Source of the DNA: Waddliaceae bacterium
GTDB taxonomy: Bacteria; Chlamydiota; Chlamydiia; Chlamydiales; Waddliaceae
Direction: 5' to 3'
NCBI GenBank assembly: GCA_963724325.1
Contig: CAVRUH010000007.1
Coordinates: 320,001 to 384,000 of the forward strand
DNA length: 64,000 nt
In this document: positions 41,254 to 51,802 of the stretch, piece after piece
Numbering within the stretch: the stretch's first letter is position 1
Layout: each line of letters starts with the position of its first letter
Made by a program: the position numbers and the translations under genes
The notes under the pieces: model-generated
Told to the model about the DNA's origin: nothing
The model's input: the letters and a program-made list of their open reading frames with translations, nothing else
Database searches by the model: none

Positions 41254-42351
41254 ATGCCTACACAGTTATCCTGCGGAATCGTCGGTCTTCCCAATGTGGG
41301 GAAATCCACATTATTTAACGCCTTAACGGCTAATCAAGCTCCATCATCAAACTACCCATTTTGCACAATTGAGCCAAATGTTGGTATTGTAGAGGTGCTA
41401 GATCCCCGTATTAAACAATTATCAGACCTTTCAAAAAGCCAAAAACTGGTCTATGCAACGGTAAAATTCGTTGATATTGCCGGTTTGGTCAAGGGAGCCT
41501 CGAAAGGGGAGGGCCTAGGGAATAAATTCCTGACCAATATTCGAGAAACGGATGCCATTTGCCATGTTGTAAGATGTTTTGATTCAACAGATATCATCCA
41601 CGTCGCAGGAACCGTTGACCCAATTGCCGATATCGAGGTCATTAACCTAGAACTTTGCCTCTCCGACCTCCAATCGGCCGAAAATATCATCGAAAGACTA
41701 GAAAAACAGGTAAAAAGCAAAAAAGAGCTCATTCCTGCATTGGATGCTATGAAAAAAGTGAGCGAACATCTCAACAAAAGTTTGCCAATGCGAACATTGG
41801 AATTGACCGATAAAGAGAAAGAGGCCCTAAAACCCTACCCCTTTTTGACCTCTAAAAAAGTTCTTTATGTGGCCAATGTCTCCGAAAACGACCTGCCTTC
41901 CATGGAAAATGCCTACGTACAAAAGGTGCGCGCATATGCCCAATCCGAAGGAAATAGCGTCATTACCATCTGCGCCAGGCTTGAAGAAGAAATTTCACAG
42001 CTTCCCAAGGAAGAACAAAAAGGATTTTTAGAGACATTGGGATTGACTGAATCAGGATTGAACCGGCTCGCAAGGGAATCATTCCATATGCTAGATCTAA
42101 TTACTTATCTAACCACTGGAGAGATCGAAACCCGCGCCTGGACCATTCACAAAGGGATGTCAGCCGTCGAAGCCGCCGCCGAAATCCACACAGATATCTC
42201 AAAAGGATTCATTCGAGCCGAAGTAGTATCATTTGATGACATGATAAAATACAGCAGCCGCGTGGCCGCCCGCGAACACGGCAAAGCCCGTTCCGAAGGG
42301 AAAGAATACACCGTAAAAGATGGGGATGTTATCCTATTTATGCATAATTGA
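41254..42351 (+). CDS. ychF: Ribosome-binding ATPase YchF
   Basis: GIVGLPNVGKSTLFN, NYPFCTIEPN, DIAGLV, GFIRAE, EGKEY. Confidence 0.96.
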   Translation: MPTQLSCGIVGLPNVGKSTLFNALTANQAPSSNYPFCTIEPNVGIVEVLDPRIKQLSDLSKSQKLVYATVKFVDIAGLVKGASKGEGLGNKFLTNIRETDAICHVVRCFDSTDIIHVAGTVDPIADIEVINLELCLSDLQSAENIIERLEKQVKSKKELIPALDAMKKVSEHLNKSLPMRTLELTDKEKEALKPYPFLTSKKVLYVANVSENDLPSMENAYVQKVRAYAQSEGNSVITICARLEEEISQLPKEEQKGFLETLGLTESGLNRLARESFHMLDLITYLTTGEIETRAWTIHKGMSAVEAAAEIHTDISKGFIRAEVVSFDDMIKYSSRVAAREHGKARSEGKEYTVKDGDVILFMHN

Positions 42352-42371
42352 GTTGAATAAATAATCTATAT

Positions 42372-42386
42372 CAACTATCATAGTTG
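42372..42386. promoter_or_regulatory. Palindromic operator candidate for the TA operon
   Basis: caactat-c-atagttg, 20 bp upstream of the antitoxin ATG. Confidence 0.5.
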
Positions 42387-42406
42387 TATGAGATGTGGAG
42401 GTTATT

Positions 42407-42670
42407 ATGCCAATAGATATTGGAACGGATGAGGTTCGTAAAAAAATGGGAGAAATCCTTGATTGTGTTTATTTGCGAGGTGATGAATTCATTATTAGCA
42501 GGAAAAGTAAAGCTCTCGCTGCTCTTATCCCAGTGCAAAAACTTAATGCTTTAAACTCAGCTGCTAAACGCTATCTCCTAGAATATATGAACGAACAGAA
42601 GGGAAAGATTTCAGCTAAAGAAATGAATAAAATCATTGATGAAGCCAAAAATAAAATTCGTAAATCTTGA
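42407..42670 (+). CDS. Phd/YefM-like antitoxin
   Basis: EVRKKMGEILDCV..GDEFIISRKSKALAALIP pattern; upstream of a PIN gene. Confidence 0.75.
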   Translation: MPIDIGTDEVRKKMGEILDCVYLRGDEFIISRKSKALAALIPVQKLNALNSAAKRYLLEYMNEQKGKISAKEMNKIIDEAKNKIRKS

Positions 42671-42676
42671 TAAAGA

Positions 42677-43120
42677 ATGAAAATTCGTATTGTATTAGAC
42701 ACAAAAGTGCTAGCTAGCGCATTAATGAATTCAGCTAGCGCACCTGGTAAGGTGCTTAAGCGCTTAATTGCTAATCCTACTTTTGAAATTGTTGTATCAG
42801 AGCCTATTTTGACAGAATTAAAAAGAGTCTTATTTTATCCCAAGGTTAGATGCAGAATTAAAGGCACAGATGATGACATTCACCATTGGGTTGAAGCAAT
42901 TACAATTGTCGCTCATTTTGTTACCCCCATATTTGACTACAATACTATAATAGTAAAGGATGATCCAGATGGCGACAAATTCATTATTGCAGCCATTGAA
43001 GGTCTAGCAAAATATATAGTCAGTGGAGACGAACATTTGCTGCATCTTAAAAAATATCAAAACATCGAAATTCTCAATCCAAGAGATTTCATAATCCAGT
43101 GTGAAACCAATGATATTTAA
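42677..43120 (+). CDS. PIN-domain toxin (VapC-like)
   Basis: IVLDTKVL, DDPDGDKFI, IVSGDEHLL. Confidence 0.85.
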   Translation: MKIRIVLDTKVLASALMNSASAPGKVLKRLIANPTFEIVVSEPILTELKRVLFYPKVRCRIKGTDDDIHHWVEAITIVAHFVTPIFDYNTIIVKDDPDGDKFIIAAIEGLAKYIVSGDEHLLHLKKYQNIEILNPRDFIIQCETNDI

Positions 43121-44393
43121 AATTTTTTATGAATTAGGTTTGATAGTGTTGGCATTAGTTGCCATGCCAATGTTTTTGTATCGACTTATCTTTGAAAAGA
43201 AATACCGATCCAATATTCTGCACCGACTCGGATTCGATTTTCCAAAAATCAATAAACAAAATAGACCTCTTATTTGGATCCATGCTGCATCCATTGGCGA
43301 AACCAAAGCCATTGCCACCCTTGCAAAAAAAATAAAAATAGAATGGGATAATCCCATCATCCTCATATCTTCAGTAACCGAAACAGGACACGCTGAAGCA
43401 CTCAAAAGTATCCCAGAAGCAGATTTCCACGCATACCTTCCTTTTGACTTCGGATGGATCATCAGACCAATCGTCAAAAGAATCCAACCAAACCTCGTCA
43501 TCCTCTCCGAATCAGAATTTTGGTTTAATTTTCTCGACGCTAGCAAAAAAAACAAAGCCAAAGTAGTCCTAGTTAATGGAAAACTATCTCTCCGCTCGCT
43601 TAACAGATTCTCCAAATTCCACTGGGCTGTTGACCCCTTTTTTAATAGCATTGACCTCTTCTGCGTTCAAGGCGAACTCTATGCCGAACGTTTCAGACAA
43701 CTCGGAATTCCCCAAGAAAAAATCAGTGTGACCGGCAACCTGAAATTCGACGAAAAAGATGATTCAATGCCCCCTGAAGAGAGAGAACAATGGAGAAATA
43801 CCTTAGGAATCGACTCTAACCGCCCAATTTTGGTCCTAGGTTCAACTCATGACCCCGAAGAAAAACTTTTTCTTGATCAGCTCGAAGAAGTATGGAAGAA
43901 ATTCCCAAGTTTAGCTGTGATTATCGTCCCGAGGCATAAAGAACGATTTAATGAGGTTGCCAGCCTGCTTGACGCACAAAAGATACCATTTGCTATTTTC
44001 TCTCTCAAAACACCTTGTGAAGGCAAAAAAGTGCTTTTGATGGATGCAATGGGAGTGCTTAGAAAATGCTATCAAATTGCAAATATTGCCTTCGTTGGAG
44101 GCACCTATACACCAAAAGTAGGGGGCCATAGCATCATTGAACCTGCTAGGTATGGAGTCCCAGTAATTTATGGGCCGTACATGTACTCGCAACCCGATAT
44201 GATTGAACTCGTTCAGAGATACAAAGCAGGCCTCCAAGTACCTTCAGAGGCTGTTTCTGCAACGCTTATCGACCTCCTTTCTTCACCAGCAAAAGTGAGT
44301 GAAATGGGGGCATCTGGACTGCGAATGCTGGCTGATTTACAAGGAATTACAAATAAAACAGAAAAGTGCTTGAAAGAAATTACCCGAACGTAG
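43110..44393 (+). CDS. waaA: Kdo transferase
   Basis: WIHAASIGE, YLPFD, ESEFW, TGNLKFD, GSTH, VPRH, GGHSIIEPA. Confidence 0.93.
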   Translation: MIFKIFYELGLIVLALVAMPMFLYRLIFEKKYRSNILHRLGFDFPKINKQNRPLIWIHAASIGETKAIATLAKKIKIEWDNPIILISSVTETGHAEALKSIPEADFHAYLPFDFGWIIRPIVKRIQPNLVILSESEFWFNFLDASKKNKAKVVLVNGKLSLRSLNRFSKFHWAVDPFFNSIDLFCVQGELYAERFRQLGIPQEKISVTGNLKFDEKDDSMPPEEREQWRNTLGIDSNRPILVLGSTHDPEEKLFLDQLEEVWKKFPSLAVIIVPRHKERFNEVASLLDAQKIPFAIFSLKTPCEGKKVLLMDAMGVLRKCYQIANIAFVGGTYTPKVGGHSIIEPARYGVPVIYGPYMYSQPDMIELVQRYKAGLQVPSEAVSATLIDLLSSPAKVSEMGASGLRMLADLQGITNKTEKCLKEITRT

Positions 44394-44416
44394 TATTGTT
44401 ATTGTTCATTGATTGA

Positions 44417-44489
44417 CGCGGGGTGGAGCAGGGGTTAGCTCGTTGGGCTCATAACCCAAAGGCCGGTGGTTCGAATCCACCCCCCGCTA
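44417..44489 (+). tRNA. tRNA-fMet (CAT, initiator)
   Basis: C1 unpaired, GGG/CCC anticodon stem around ct-CAT-aa, GTTCGAATC T-arm. Confidence 0.92.
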
Positions 44490-44498
44490 TTGTTCTTC

Positions 44499-44571
44499 AG
44501 CGGTATAGCTCAGTGGTTAGAGCAGCGGAATCATAATCCGTTGGTCGCTGGTTCAAGTCCGGCTACCGCTA
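44499..44571 (+). tRNA. tRNA with CAT anticodon (probably elongator Met)
   Basis: agcggta/taccgct acceptor stem, TAGCTCAG D-arm, at-CAT-aa loop, GGTTCAAGTCC T-arm. Confidence 0.9.
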
Positions 44572-44605
44572 ACATCTTAAGTCCTCTAAGCTATACTGGT
44601 TTCTA

Positions 44606-45136
44606 ATGAATAAAAAACAAAGACCTAAAATCTCCATTTATATTGCGCTAAGTATTGACGGATATATTGCCCGTAAAGACGACAGTCTGGATTGGCTTGA
44701 CCGCGTCGCGGGATATGAAGAAGACTATGGATTGCGAGAGTTGCTTGCTAGCATTGATGCATTGATTATCGGCCGTAAAACGTATGAAGTTGCTTCGACC
44801 GTTCAGGATCCTTATCCAGGCAAAAGAGTGTTAGTTTTAAGTAACAGTCTAGAAGCTGTGAAGCCTGGAATGGAGCTTTATAGAGGGGATTTAGGAGATT
44901 TAGTTGCGAGGTTGCATAATGAAGGAATCAAACATATTTGGGTTGATGGAGGGCATACAATTTCTCAATTCCTCTCGCAACAGCTTGTTGACGAAATGAC
45001 GCTATCAGTGATACCTATAGTGCTCGGTGGTGGAATTCCTTTATTCCATGCAATGGAAGAGATTCCTTGTCGACTAATATCATCCCAATCCTATCAGAGC
45101 GGACTCGCCCAGCTGCATTATGAAATCGTCAAGTAG
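44606..45136 (+). CDS. Dihydrofolate reductase-like (RibD C-terminal) protein
   Basis: IALSIDGYIA, IIGRKTYE, IWVDGG, IPIVLGGGIPLF. Confidence 0.9.
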   Translation: MNKKQRPKISIYIALSIDGYIARKDDSLDWLDRVAGYEEDYGLRELLASIDALIIGRKTYEVASTVQDPYPGKRVLVLSNSLEAVKPGMELYRGDLGDLVARLHNEGIKHIWVDGGHTISQFLSQQLVDEMTLSVIPIVLGGGIPLFHAMEEIPCRLISSQSYQSGLAQLHYEIVK

Positions 45137-45158
45137 TTGCTCACTATACGATGAAAAA

Positions 45159-45373
45159 CTGTGGCCTGCACTCTCCGAGTGCAGGTTTGGTATTGGCCGA
45201 TAGGAAGGCAAATAATTGGTATAGGAAGATTTTCAAATGCTGGTGCGTTTCTATGGGTAACTTCCTTAATGTCGTTGTATACCAAACCTGCTCTCGGAGA
45301 GAGCAGTCCACAGCGTAACTTCCTTAATGTCGTTGTATACCAAACCTGCTCTCGGAGAGAGCAGTCCACAGCG
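45159..45373. repeat. GTGG-footed REP doublet (family D) with a 58-bp tandem duplication of the right arm
   Basis: GTGG-cctgcactctccgagtgcagg at 45161, inverted copies ending at ~45313 and ~45371; 45258-45315 = 45316-45373. Confidence 0.82.
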
Positions 45374-45455
45374 CAATAGAGTCACTTGACAAAAACCTAG
45401 GCGTTTCGTTAAGTTGTGTTGTGTTGATTTAAAAACTTTACGAAGGAGGATAATT

Positions 45456-45752
45456 ATGAATGAACATAACATGTTAGTTACATTGGGAGGATTTTTGGGT
45501 GCTTTGTCAACTTGGCCGTGGATGACAAAGGAACTCGTTCATAATTCTTTAGCGGATGCTGTCAGTGCTGTGGCAGCTGGTGCGCTTGTTGGTGCAGGCA
45601 TCATGAGCATAGGCTGTGCAGCGATCAAACGTGTTGAACAACTAGAAATAAACAGTACGTTATCAGGGGGACTAACTGTAGTTCTACAAGTTGCAACTGT
45701 AGTTGCAGTCCAGTTTACATCCATGAGTGTCGCAAACTACGTAACACTCTAG
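45456..45752 (+). CDS. Small hydrophobic hypothetical protein (98 aa)
   Basis: AGGAGG RBS, TTGACA at 45386, two to three hydrophobic segments. Confidence 0.65.
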   Translation: MNEHNMLVTLGGFLGALSTWPWMTKELVHNSLADAVSAVAAGALVGAGIMSIGCAAIKRVEQLEINSTLSGGLTVVLQVATVVAVQFTSMSVANYVTL

Positions 45753-45914
45753 TAAAAAAATGAAAAAGTTTCGGTCATTTTCTCCGTAGCTTTGCGACTC
45801 CGCGTCGTCGCATTGATTCAATTAGATAAATATTTTTGTTTGCTGACGGCTGCAAATAAGAGTTGCAAAAATGGGGTGTTTTATGCAATATTGTTTCTTA
45901 AAAAGGAGCAAATA

Positions 45915-46862
45915 ATGAATTTATTATCCTCAGTCTCTAAAATTGAAGTTAAACCTGAATGTTCTCAATTTTCCGATTTAAACGAGTGGAATCATCATGA
46001 TTGTGAGCACTCATGCCTATTTACTTTTCAATGGAAACATGAGAATTCCGCAGAGCAATCTCCTAAGTCTATTGAATGGAAAGACTCTGTTGATCTCTGT
46101 GGTTCTGAAATACATTGCCTTATTCAAGGATTAACTGAAAACACTATCCAGCCTCATGCAACGCTTCCATGGATGAAACTTCATTTTAAGCATATTCAGC
46201 GCAAACATTTTCCTCATGGAAGAGCTTTGGATATTATCGAAAAGGTTTATAATATTGTAGAAAGTAAATTGAAAAGAGTAACTCGAATTCCCTTAGTTGA
46301 ATGTAAAGGTTTTATCGATGATGAAAACTATAGGAAAAATATAGAAAATTTGATCATTTCGAAAAAATCTAAACTATTGGGAAATGAAGTGAAATATTTC
46401 TCTGGTGGAATACATCAGATGGACAATGAGGCTAATCTAATTGCTTTTACAACATTTAATGTGTTCGAGGCAGATTTGCACGGCACGGATCTTCATGTTA
46501 CCGTGGAGAATTGTTATTCACCGGTGTGGGCTGTAGAAGTGTGTTGGGTTCCTCCAGAAAATGGAGAAAGAATGACTCTATGGCTGGTTGATAGGTCTAA
46601 TAAAAAACCTGATTTAGGCTCAACAATTCATGCGTCTAAAATGAGAATCAGGGTGCCTGTGTCACAGCTATTAAAAGAGCACAAAGTTATAGATATAGCA
46701 GCCAGACGACCGCCATCTTTGAAGGTGGATTCTTATGGAAATAATGTTCATGAATTGCAGCTTATTCTATCATCAGAAAAAATTTTGCTTGCCACGTTGG
46801 AAATCGACGATTCATCAGAGCATGAGGGAGAGTCTGATCACAAGAGAGCTAAAGTCGACTAA
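45915..46862 (+). CDS. Hypothetical protein (315 aa)
   Basis: AAGGAG RBS before ATG 45915; no recognisable motif. Confidence 0.7.
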   Translation: MNLLSSVSKIEVKPECSQFSDLNEWNHHDCEHSCLFTFQWKHENSAEQSPKSIEWKDSVDLCGSEIHCLIQGLTENTIQPHATLPWMKLHFKHIQRKHFPHGRALDIIEKVYNIVESKLKRVTRIPLVECKGFIDDENYRKNIENLIISKKSKLLGNEVKYFSGGIHQMDNEANLIAFTTFNVFEADLHGTDLHVTVENCYSPVWAVEVCWVPPENGERMTLWLVDRSNKKPDLGSTIHASKMRIRVPVSQLLKEHKVIDIAARRPPSLKVDSYGNNVHELQLILSSEKILLATLEIDDSSEHEGESDHKRAKVD

Positions 46863-47428
46863 TTCAAGCTAAGGTCTTCTGGGATCATGGCGAGGGTGGC
46901 GTATTTGCCGCCCATTTCGCGGAGAAGGGTCTGCCAGAGCTTTTCTGGGGGGACCTGGAAGATGTGACGCTTGGAAGCAGGATAAAGGTACCAACCGCCA
47001 TCCAGGAATTCACGTTCTAGCTGACCAGCGCCCCAGCCGCAATAGCCAAAGCAAAGAAGAACTTCAGGTCCTTCAGGATTGGATATTATTTCTTGCAAAA
47101 ATTGCAGATCGCCGCCTAAAAAAACGTCCTGGCATACTTCAAGGGTCTGCTCAATGATCTTATTAGAAGTATGCAGCAACATCATCTGATTCGTCTGTAC
47201 GGGCCCGCCGGCACGTATGCCAACATTTGGATTCGCTAGGTTGCTCACACTGACGATTTCTTCTGGCAATTCCAAATTAAGACTCTTATTGATTACCAAA
47301 CCAAATGATCCATTAGGATTGTGTTCGCAAATGAGAACCACACTTCGAAAAAATATCCCTCCCTCAACGTCTGGAGTGGATATCATAAAGGTTCCTTTCT
47401 GAATTTGACTATAGGGTAGGTTTTCCAA
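46859..47428 (-). CDS. YqgE/AlgH family protein
   Basis: [37 protein letters not shown]. Confidence 0.92.
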   Translation of the reverse strand: MENLPYSQIQKGTFMISTPDVEGGIFFRSVVLICEHNPNGSFGLVINKSLNLELPEEIVSVSNLANPNVGIRAGGPVQTNQMMLLHTSNKIIEQTLEVCQDVFLGGDLQFLQEIISNPEGPEVLLCFGYCGWGAGQLEREFLDGGWYLYPASKRHIFQVPPEKLWQTLLREMGGKYATLAMIPEDLSLN

Positions 47429-47430
47429 GA

Positions 47431-48429
47431 TTATTCTCCATTAACAAGCTGTGTGTTATACATTCTAATCTCTTCTTCAAGTGCGGTCACCCGCCTCATG
47501 AGTTCAATATATACTTTAGTAAATTCTTTGTCCTCAATGAGGTTGCATTGGGCGGATTTGTCCATGACCATTGAGACACGTGCGAGAGAGGTTTGAATTT
47601 GATTGATTTCATCGTTGAAGTAATTTCTAAATTCCTGAGGAGTGGATAATTTTTCGAGAAGGTTCATCCGGCGTGCGCGGAGCCGTTGCCATCCTTTATC
47701 GTTTTGGAATAGGATTCCATAGTGGTTAATGTCATCAAGAATAGTCTCACCTTTCCCTAGAAGGGCCATGGTGTTCAGGTAGAGTTCGTCATTAGAAAAT
47801 ATTTTTCCGGCGGTTCCTTTGCCTTCTTTTACGTTAGCAATAATTTGATTCATATTGTCTATAGCATCACCGATATTTTCCCAGGCCTTTTTTTCATCAA
47901 GCGTCACAAATGCCGAGTGAATCTTGTCTAAGAGTAAATCAAGACGAGCGGCAACATCTTTAAATTCTTTAAAGGTATCTTCGACGGTTCCTACTTTTTC
48001 TGAGTACATGATTTCATTTTTTGTGACGAGTTTGAGTTTCTGACCTGGTTTTAGTGGTACGGGGTCAATAGCGACAGACCTTTCACCTAGCAGACCGGCA
48101 GTTCTGAGTACGATTTTATCAGTGGTATATACTTTAATCGAGCTATCTATAGCTAATATAAGTTCATAGGGATAGATGTCTCCGCCATGTTGAGCACGAT
48201 AGATGATGGCATCGGGTACTTCGTTGATGACGGTGACTTCTCCAACTGGTTTTCCTGCGAAGAGGACACGAGTCCCGACGTTGACCTTATCTATATCTGC
48301 AAATAGTACTCGGATGTTTTGAGCTTCGTCGCCTATGTATGGATGTATAAAGAGCAGCATACAGATGATCACGCCAATGGCAGTAAAGACGAAAATCCCT
48401 ATAAGCAAATTCTTTATTCTATCTGGCAT
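47431..48429 (-). CDS. mlaD: MlaD/MCE family protein
   Basis: N-terminal [21 protein letters not shown]; operon with mlaF/mlaE. Confidence 0.82.
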   Translation of the reverse strand: MPDRIKNLLIGIFVFTAIGVIICMLLFIHPYIGDEAQNIRVLFADIDKVNVGTRVLFAGKPVGEVTVINEVPDAIIYRAQHGGDIYPYELILAIDSSIKVYTTDKIVLRTAGLLGERSVAIDPVPLKPGQKLKLVTKNEIMYSEKVGTVEDTFKEFKDVAARLDLLLDKIHSAFVTLDEKKAWENIGDAIDNMNQIIANVKEGKGTAGKIFSNDELYLNTMALLGKGETILDDINHYGILFQNDKGWQRLRARRMNLLEKLSTPQEFRNYFNDEINQIQTSLARVSMVMDKSAQCNLIEDKEFTKVYIELMRRVTALEEEIRMYNTQLVNGE

Positions 48430-48435
48430 AAAACA

Positions 48436-49206
48436 TTAACTCCTTTTATTATCACCCTTAATTACATCTTCTGTCAGTAAAGCGTAATTTAAGAACTTTT
48501 GCAATAGCGGATCTTGAATTTTCATAAATTCTTCTTTTGTGGCAATATGTAGTATTTTTCCTTCTGCATGGAATGCTAATCTGTCGCAAATTTCGAGCGC
48601 ATAGCGAATTTCATGTGTGACGACAATGCTTGTGGCTTTGAGTTCTTTTTGGGCCTTATTGATAAGTTCGGTGATGTGCATGGCGGTTATTGGGTCGAGC
48701 CCGGTGGTTGGTTCGTCGTATAATACGATATTTGGTCTATAGATGATCATCCGGGCTAGGGCGGCGCGTTTTTTCATTCCGCCTGAAAGATTTGAGGGCA
48801 TTTTTTCCCGCACATCTGTTAGGTCGACCATCTTAAGTGCTTCTAGAACACGCTCTTGTATTTCTTTTTCTTTCAAGCCAGGCTGGTGTTCTCTTAAATA
48901 AAAGGAAACATTGTCTCCGACATTCATAGAATCAAATAATGCAGAACTTTGAAAAAGCATTCCCATTTTCATAGTTTCTATTTCTCTGTCTTTAGTAGAA
49001 AGTAAGCCTAGATTTTTACCATGAACTTCAATATGACCTTTATCTGGTTTTTCGATTCCGATGATTTGTCGCAGAAGAACGCTTTTTCCTACACCCGATC
49101 TGCCTAATATGACTAATGTTTCACCTTCTGCAACTGTCAAATTTAGTCCAGTGAGTACCTTTTGCTCACCATAACTTTTCCAGAGGTCATGTACATTGAT
49201 TGCCAT
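48436..49206 (-). CDS. mlaF: ABC ATPase MlaF
   Basis: GRSGVGKS, LFQSSALFDS, LSGGMKKR, YDEPTTGLDP. Confidence 0.88.
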   Translation of the reverse strand: MAINVHDLWKSYGEQKVLTGLNLTVAEGETLVILGRSGVGKSVLLRQIIGIEKPDKGHIEVHGKNLGLLSTKDREIETMKMGMLFQSSALFDSMNVGDNVSFYLREHQPGLKEKEIQERVLEALKMVDLTDVREKMPSNLSGGMKKRAALARMIIYRPNIVLYDEPTTGLDPITAMHITELINKAQKELKATSIVVTHEIRYALEICDRLAFHAEGKILHIATKEEFMKIQDPLLQKFLNYALLTEDVIKGDNKRS

Positions 49207-49207
49207 A

Positions 49208-50002
49208 TTATGCTACCCACCCTGGAAAATTCTCTTTTAGGAACATATAGGATTCATTTAATCCCATTGTGAGGAAAAAATTGGTGATCAATATTGCCGA
49301 GTAGCAAATCACCACGCTATTCGTAGTTGCCCTTCCAACCCCGGCTGCGCCGCCTTTCGTGATCATTCCTCGGTAGCATGAGATGGTGACGATGATGATG
49401 CCGAAAAAGACTGCTTTTGCGAATCCGCTAAAGATATCAAAATTTCGAACATAAACTTTCACTGGGTCGAAAAATGAGATATAGGTCATTTTGTAATAGT
49501 AGACAGCGATCACATAACCACCAGCTATACCCATAATGCAGCTGAAAATAGTGAGAATGGGAAGCATAAATGTTCCAGCGATGAAGCGTGGTGCGACCAG
49601 ATATTGAAGGGGATTAACGGACATTGAGGAAAGAGCATCTATTTGTTCGGTTACGCGCATGGTGCCTAGTTCGGCGCACATAGCTGCTCCAACCCTTCCT
49701 GTGACCATGAATGCAGTGAGGATTGGTCCGAGTTCGACAAGCATGGCTTTGGTTACCATGAGTCCTGTAATCCCTGAGAGCCCTTTATCTGATAGTTGGA
49801 AGAAAGATTGAGCTGCCAGAACCATTCCTGTCGAGAATCCTGTAAAGGCCACTACGGGAAGTGAAAGAACTCCGATTTCGTACATTTGATTTCTGATAAG
49901 TTTAAGAGAAGGGGGATGGGCAATGCTTAGCCACACGACCTCTAGAGTCATGTTGATATAATCGCCTAGGGCAACAAATCCGTTGGCCAATTTTTTAAGC
50001 AT
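49208..50002 (-). CDS. mlaE: ABC permease MlaE
   Basis: ELGP, GRVGAAMCAELGTMRVTEQIDAL, GGAAGVGRATT. Confidence 0.92.
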   Translation of the reverse strand: MLKKLANGFVALGDYINMTLEVVWLSIAHPPSLKLIRNQMYEIGVLSLPVVAFTGFSTGMVLAAQSFFQLSDKGLSGITGLMVTKAMLVELGPILTAFMVTGRVGAAMCAELGTMRVTEQIDALSSMSVNPLQYLVAPRFIAGTFMLPILTIFSCIMGIAGGYVIAVYYYKMTYISFFDPVKVYVRNFDIFSGFAKAVFFGIIIVTISCYRGMITKGGAAGVGRATTNSVVICYSAILITNFFLTMGLNESYMFLKENFPGWVA

Positions 50003-50038
50003 ACCGTGATTCCTGAAAAATCAATTCTTTTTTTCATA

Positions 50039-51802
50039 TTAGAGTAATTGAGATTTTTTTTCGAGGAATTCCCATCTATCGTAGAGTGTTTCGAGTGTTT
50101 TTTGGGCTTTTTCGATTTCTTTATAGATTTTCTGATCACCAGATTCCACTTTTTGAAGTAGGTCACTGAGTGTCAGTTCTGCGGTTTCTATGGCTTTTTG
50201 TATTCCGTTGAGTTCGTGCTGTTCGGTATAGCTGAGTTTTTTTGCAGGAGTGGCTTGTTTGACTGGTTTAGCTTCTTTCGCTTTTGGTTTGGCCTTTTCC
50301 TCTTTGCGGGCCTCTTCCCATTGTGCGTAGTCGGCATAGAGTTGGCTTTCGCAATTTTCGCCAAGACCGATCACTTGAGTGCAAACGCGGTCCATGAGGT
50401 AGCGGTCGTGAGAGATCAGGACAACGGCCCCTGGAAATTCTCGAATGCTATCTTCGATCACCTCGAGAGTAGGGATATCGAGGTCGTTTGTTGGTTCGTC
50501 AAGGAATAGGATGTCTGCCGGTTCGAGCATGAGACGGGCGATGAGAATTCGAGCTCGCTCTCCACCAGATAAATAGCCTACAGGGAGTTCTAAACGATCG
50601 GAGGCAAATAAAAAACGTCGTGCCCATCCGTTTACATGGATAGGACGTCCCAGGTAGGTCACCGTATCGCTGTTGGGAGCAAGGGCACGGCGAAGGGTGA
50701 CGTCAGTGGGAACTCTTTCTCGATGTTGGTCGAAATAGACAAGCTTGAGCTCGTCGGCATATTTGATGGTTCCTGTATCTGGAGCTATCTGTTTGGCTAG
50801 CATCCTCATTAGTGTGGTTTTTCCTGTTCCATTGGCGCCAACGATGCCTAGGCAGGATCCAGGAGATAGCGTGAGGTCGATTCCTTTGAAGAGTTGTTTT
50901 CCTCCAAGGGATTTTGAGATGTTTTTTGCTACAAGGAGCTTACGAGTTTCCCTATCAGAAGCAGCAAAATCAATATCGACACGGTCATTTTTGTTTCGAC
51001 GTTTAAGATCGCCAAGTTCTTGGATCAGTCCCTCGGCTCGATCGATGCGGGAGCGTGATTTTGTTGTGCGTGCTTTTGGAGAACGGCGAAGCCAGTCGAT
51101 TTCATCTTTTACAACACCTCGGAGAGCTCGTTCTTGTTCTTCTTGTCCTCTCAGGAATTCTTCGCGTAGTTCGACAAAAGTACTGAGTTTGCCTTCACAG
51201 GCAAAGATCCCTTGGGGATAACATTTATTTAATTCGATAGTCCGGTTGGTGACGTGTTCGAGAAAATATCGATCATGGCTAACAACGATGTATGAAACTT
51301 TTTCTTTTTGAAGAAATTGTTCCAACCAAAGGATGCCTTCGAGGTCTAGGTGATTTGTTGGTTCGTCAAGAAGAAGCAAATCGGGCTTTTTCATGAGGGC
51401 CATGAGAATATCGAGACGCTTTTTCCAGCCCCCTGAAAGTTTAGAAGCATGTTGATCGTTGTCAGTAAATCCTGCTTTGCTAAGCAGAATGCGCGCAAGA
51501 GTGTGTTTTTCGTATTCATCACCCTCGATTCCATTTTTTACAAGTACATCTTCGACGGGTTCATCCGGAAATTCCGGTTCTTGCGAGGCATATCCCAGTC
51601 GGAGTCCTCCTGTACGGGAAATTTGACCGCTGTCAGGCGGCTCAATTCCCATCAGGATTTTCATTAACGTGGATTTACCGGCCCCGTTAGGGCCAACAAT
51701 GCCAATGCGATCGCCGTCGGAGACGGTAAATGAAATCCCTTCAAAGAGGGTTTGCGAGCCGAATGACTTGCCTAAGTTTTGAATGCCGATTAAAAGAGCC
51801 AT
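50039..51802 (-). CDS. uup: ABC-F family ATPase (Uup-like)
   Basis: Two ABC domains (LSGGW, LSGGE, DEPTN), KARTTKS linker, C-terminal KLSYTEQHEL. Confidence 0.85.
   Translation of the reverse strand: MALLIGIQNLGKSFGSQTLFEGISFTVSDGDRIGIVGPNGAGKSTLMKILMGIEPPDSGQISRTGGLRLGYASQEPEFPDEPVEDVLVKNGIEGDEYEKHTLARILLSKAGFTDNDQHASKLSGGWKKRLDILMALMKKPDLLLLDEPTNHLDLEGILWLEQFLQKEKVSYIVVSHDRYFLEHVTNRTIELNKCYPQGIFACEGKLSTFVELREEFLRGQEEQERALRGVVKDEIDWLRRSPKARTTKSRSRIDRAEGLIQELGDLKRRNKNDRVDIDFAASDRETRKLLVAKNISKSLGGKQLFKGIDLTLSPGSCLGIVGANGTGKTTLMRMLAKQIAPDTGTIKYADELKLVYFDQHRERVPTDVTLRRALAPNSDTVTYLGRPIHVNGWARRFLFASDRLELPVGYLSGGERARILIARLMLEPADILFLDEPTNDLDIPTLEVIEDSIREFPGAVVLISHDRYLMDRVCTQVIGLGENCESQLYADYAQWEEARKEEKAKPKAKEAKPVKQATPAKKLSYTEQHELNGIQKAIETAELTLSDLLQKVESGDQKIYKEIEKAQKTLETLYDRWEFLEKKSQLL

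Noticed and set aside
46840..46862. C-terminal KRAK as a nuclear localisation signal
   Set aside because: Four-residue basic motif is too common to support a claim
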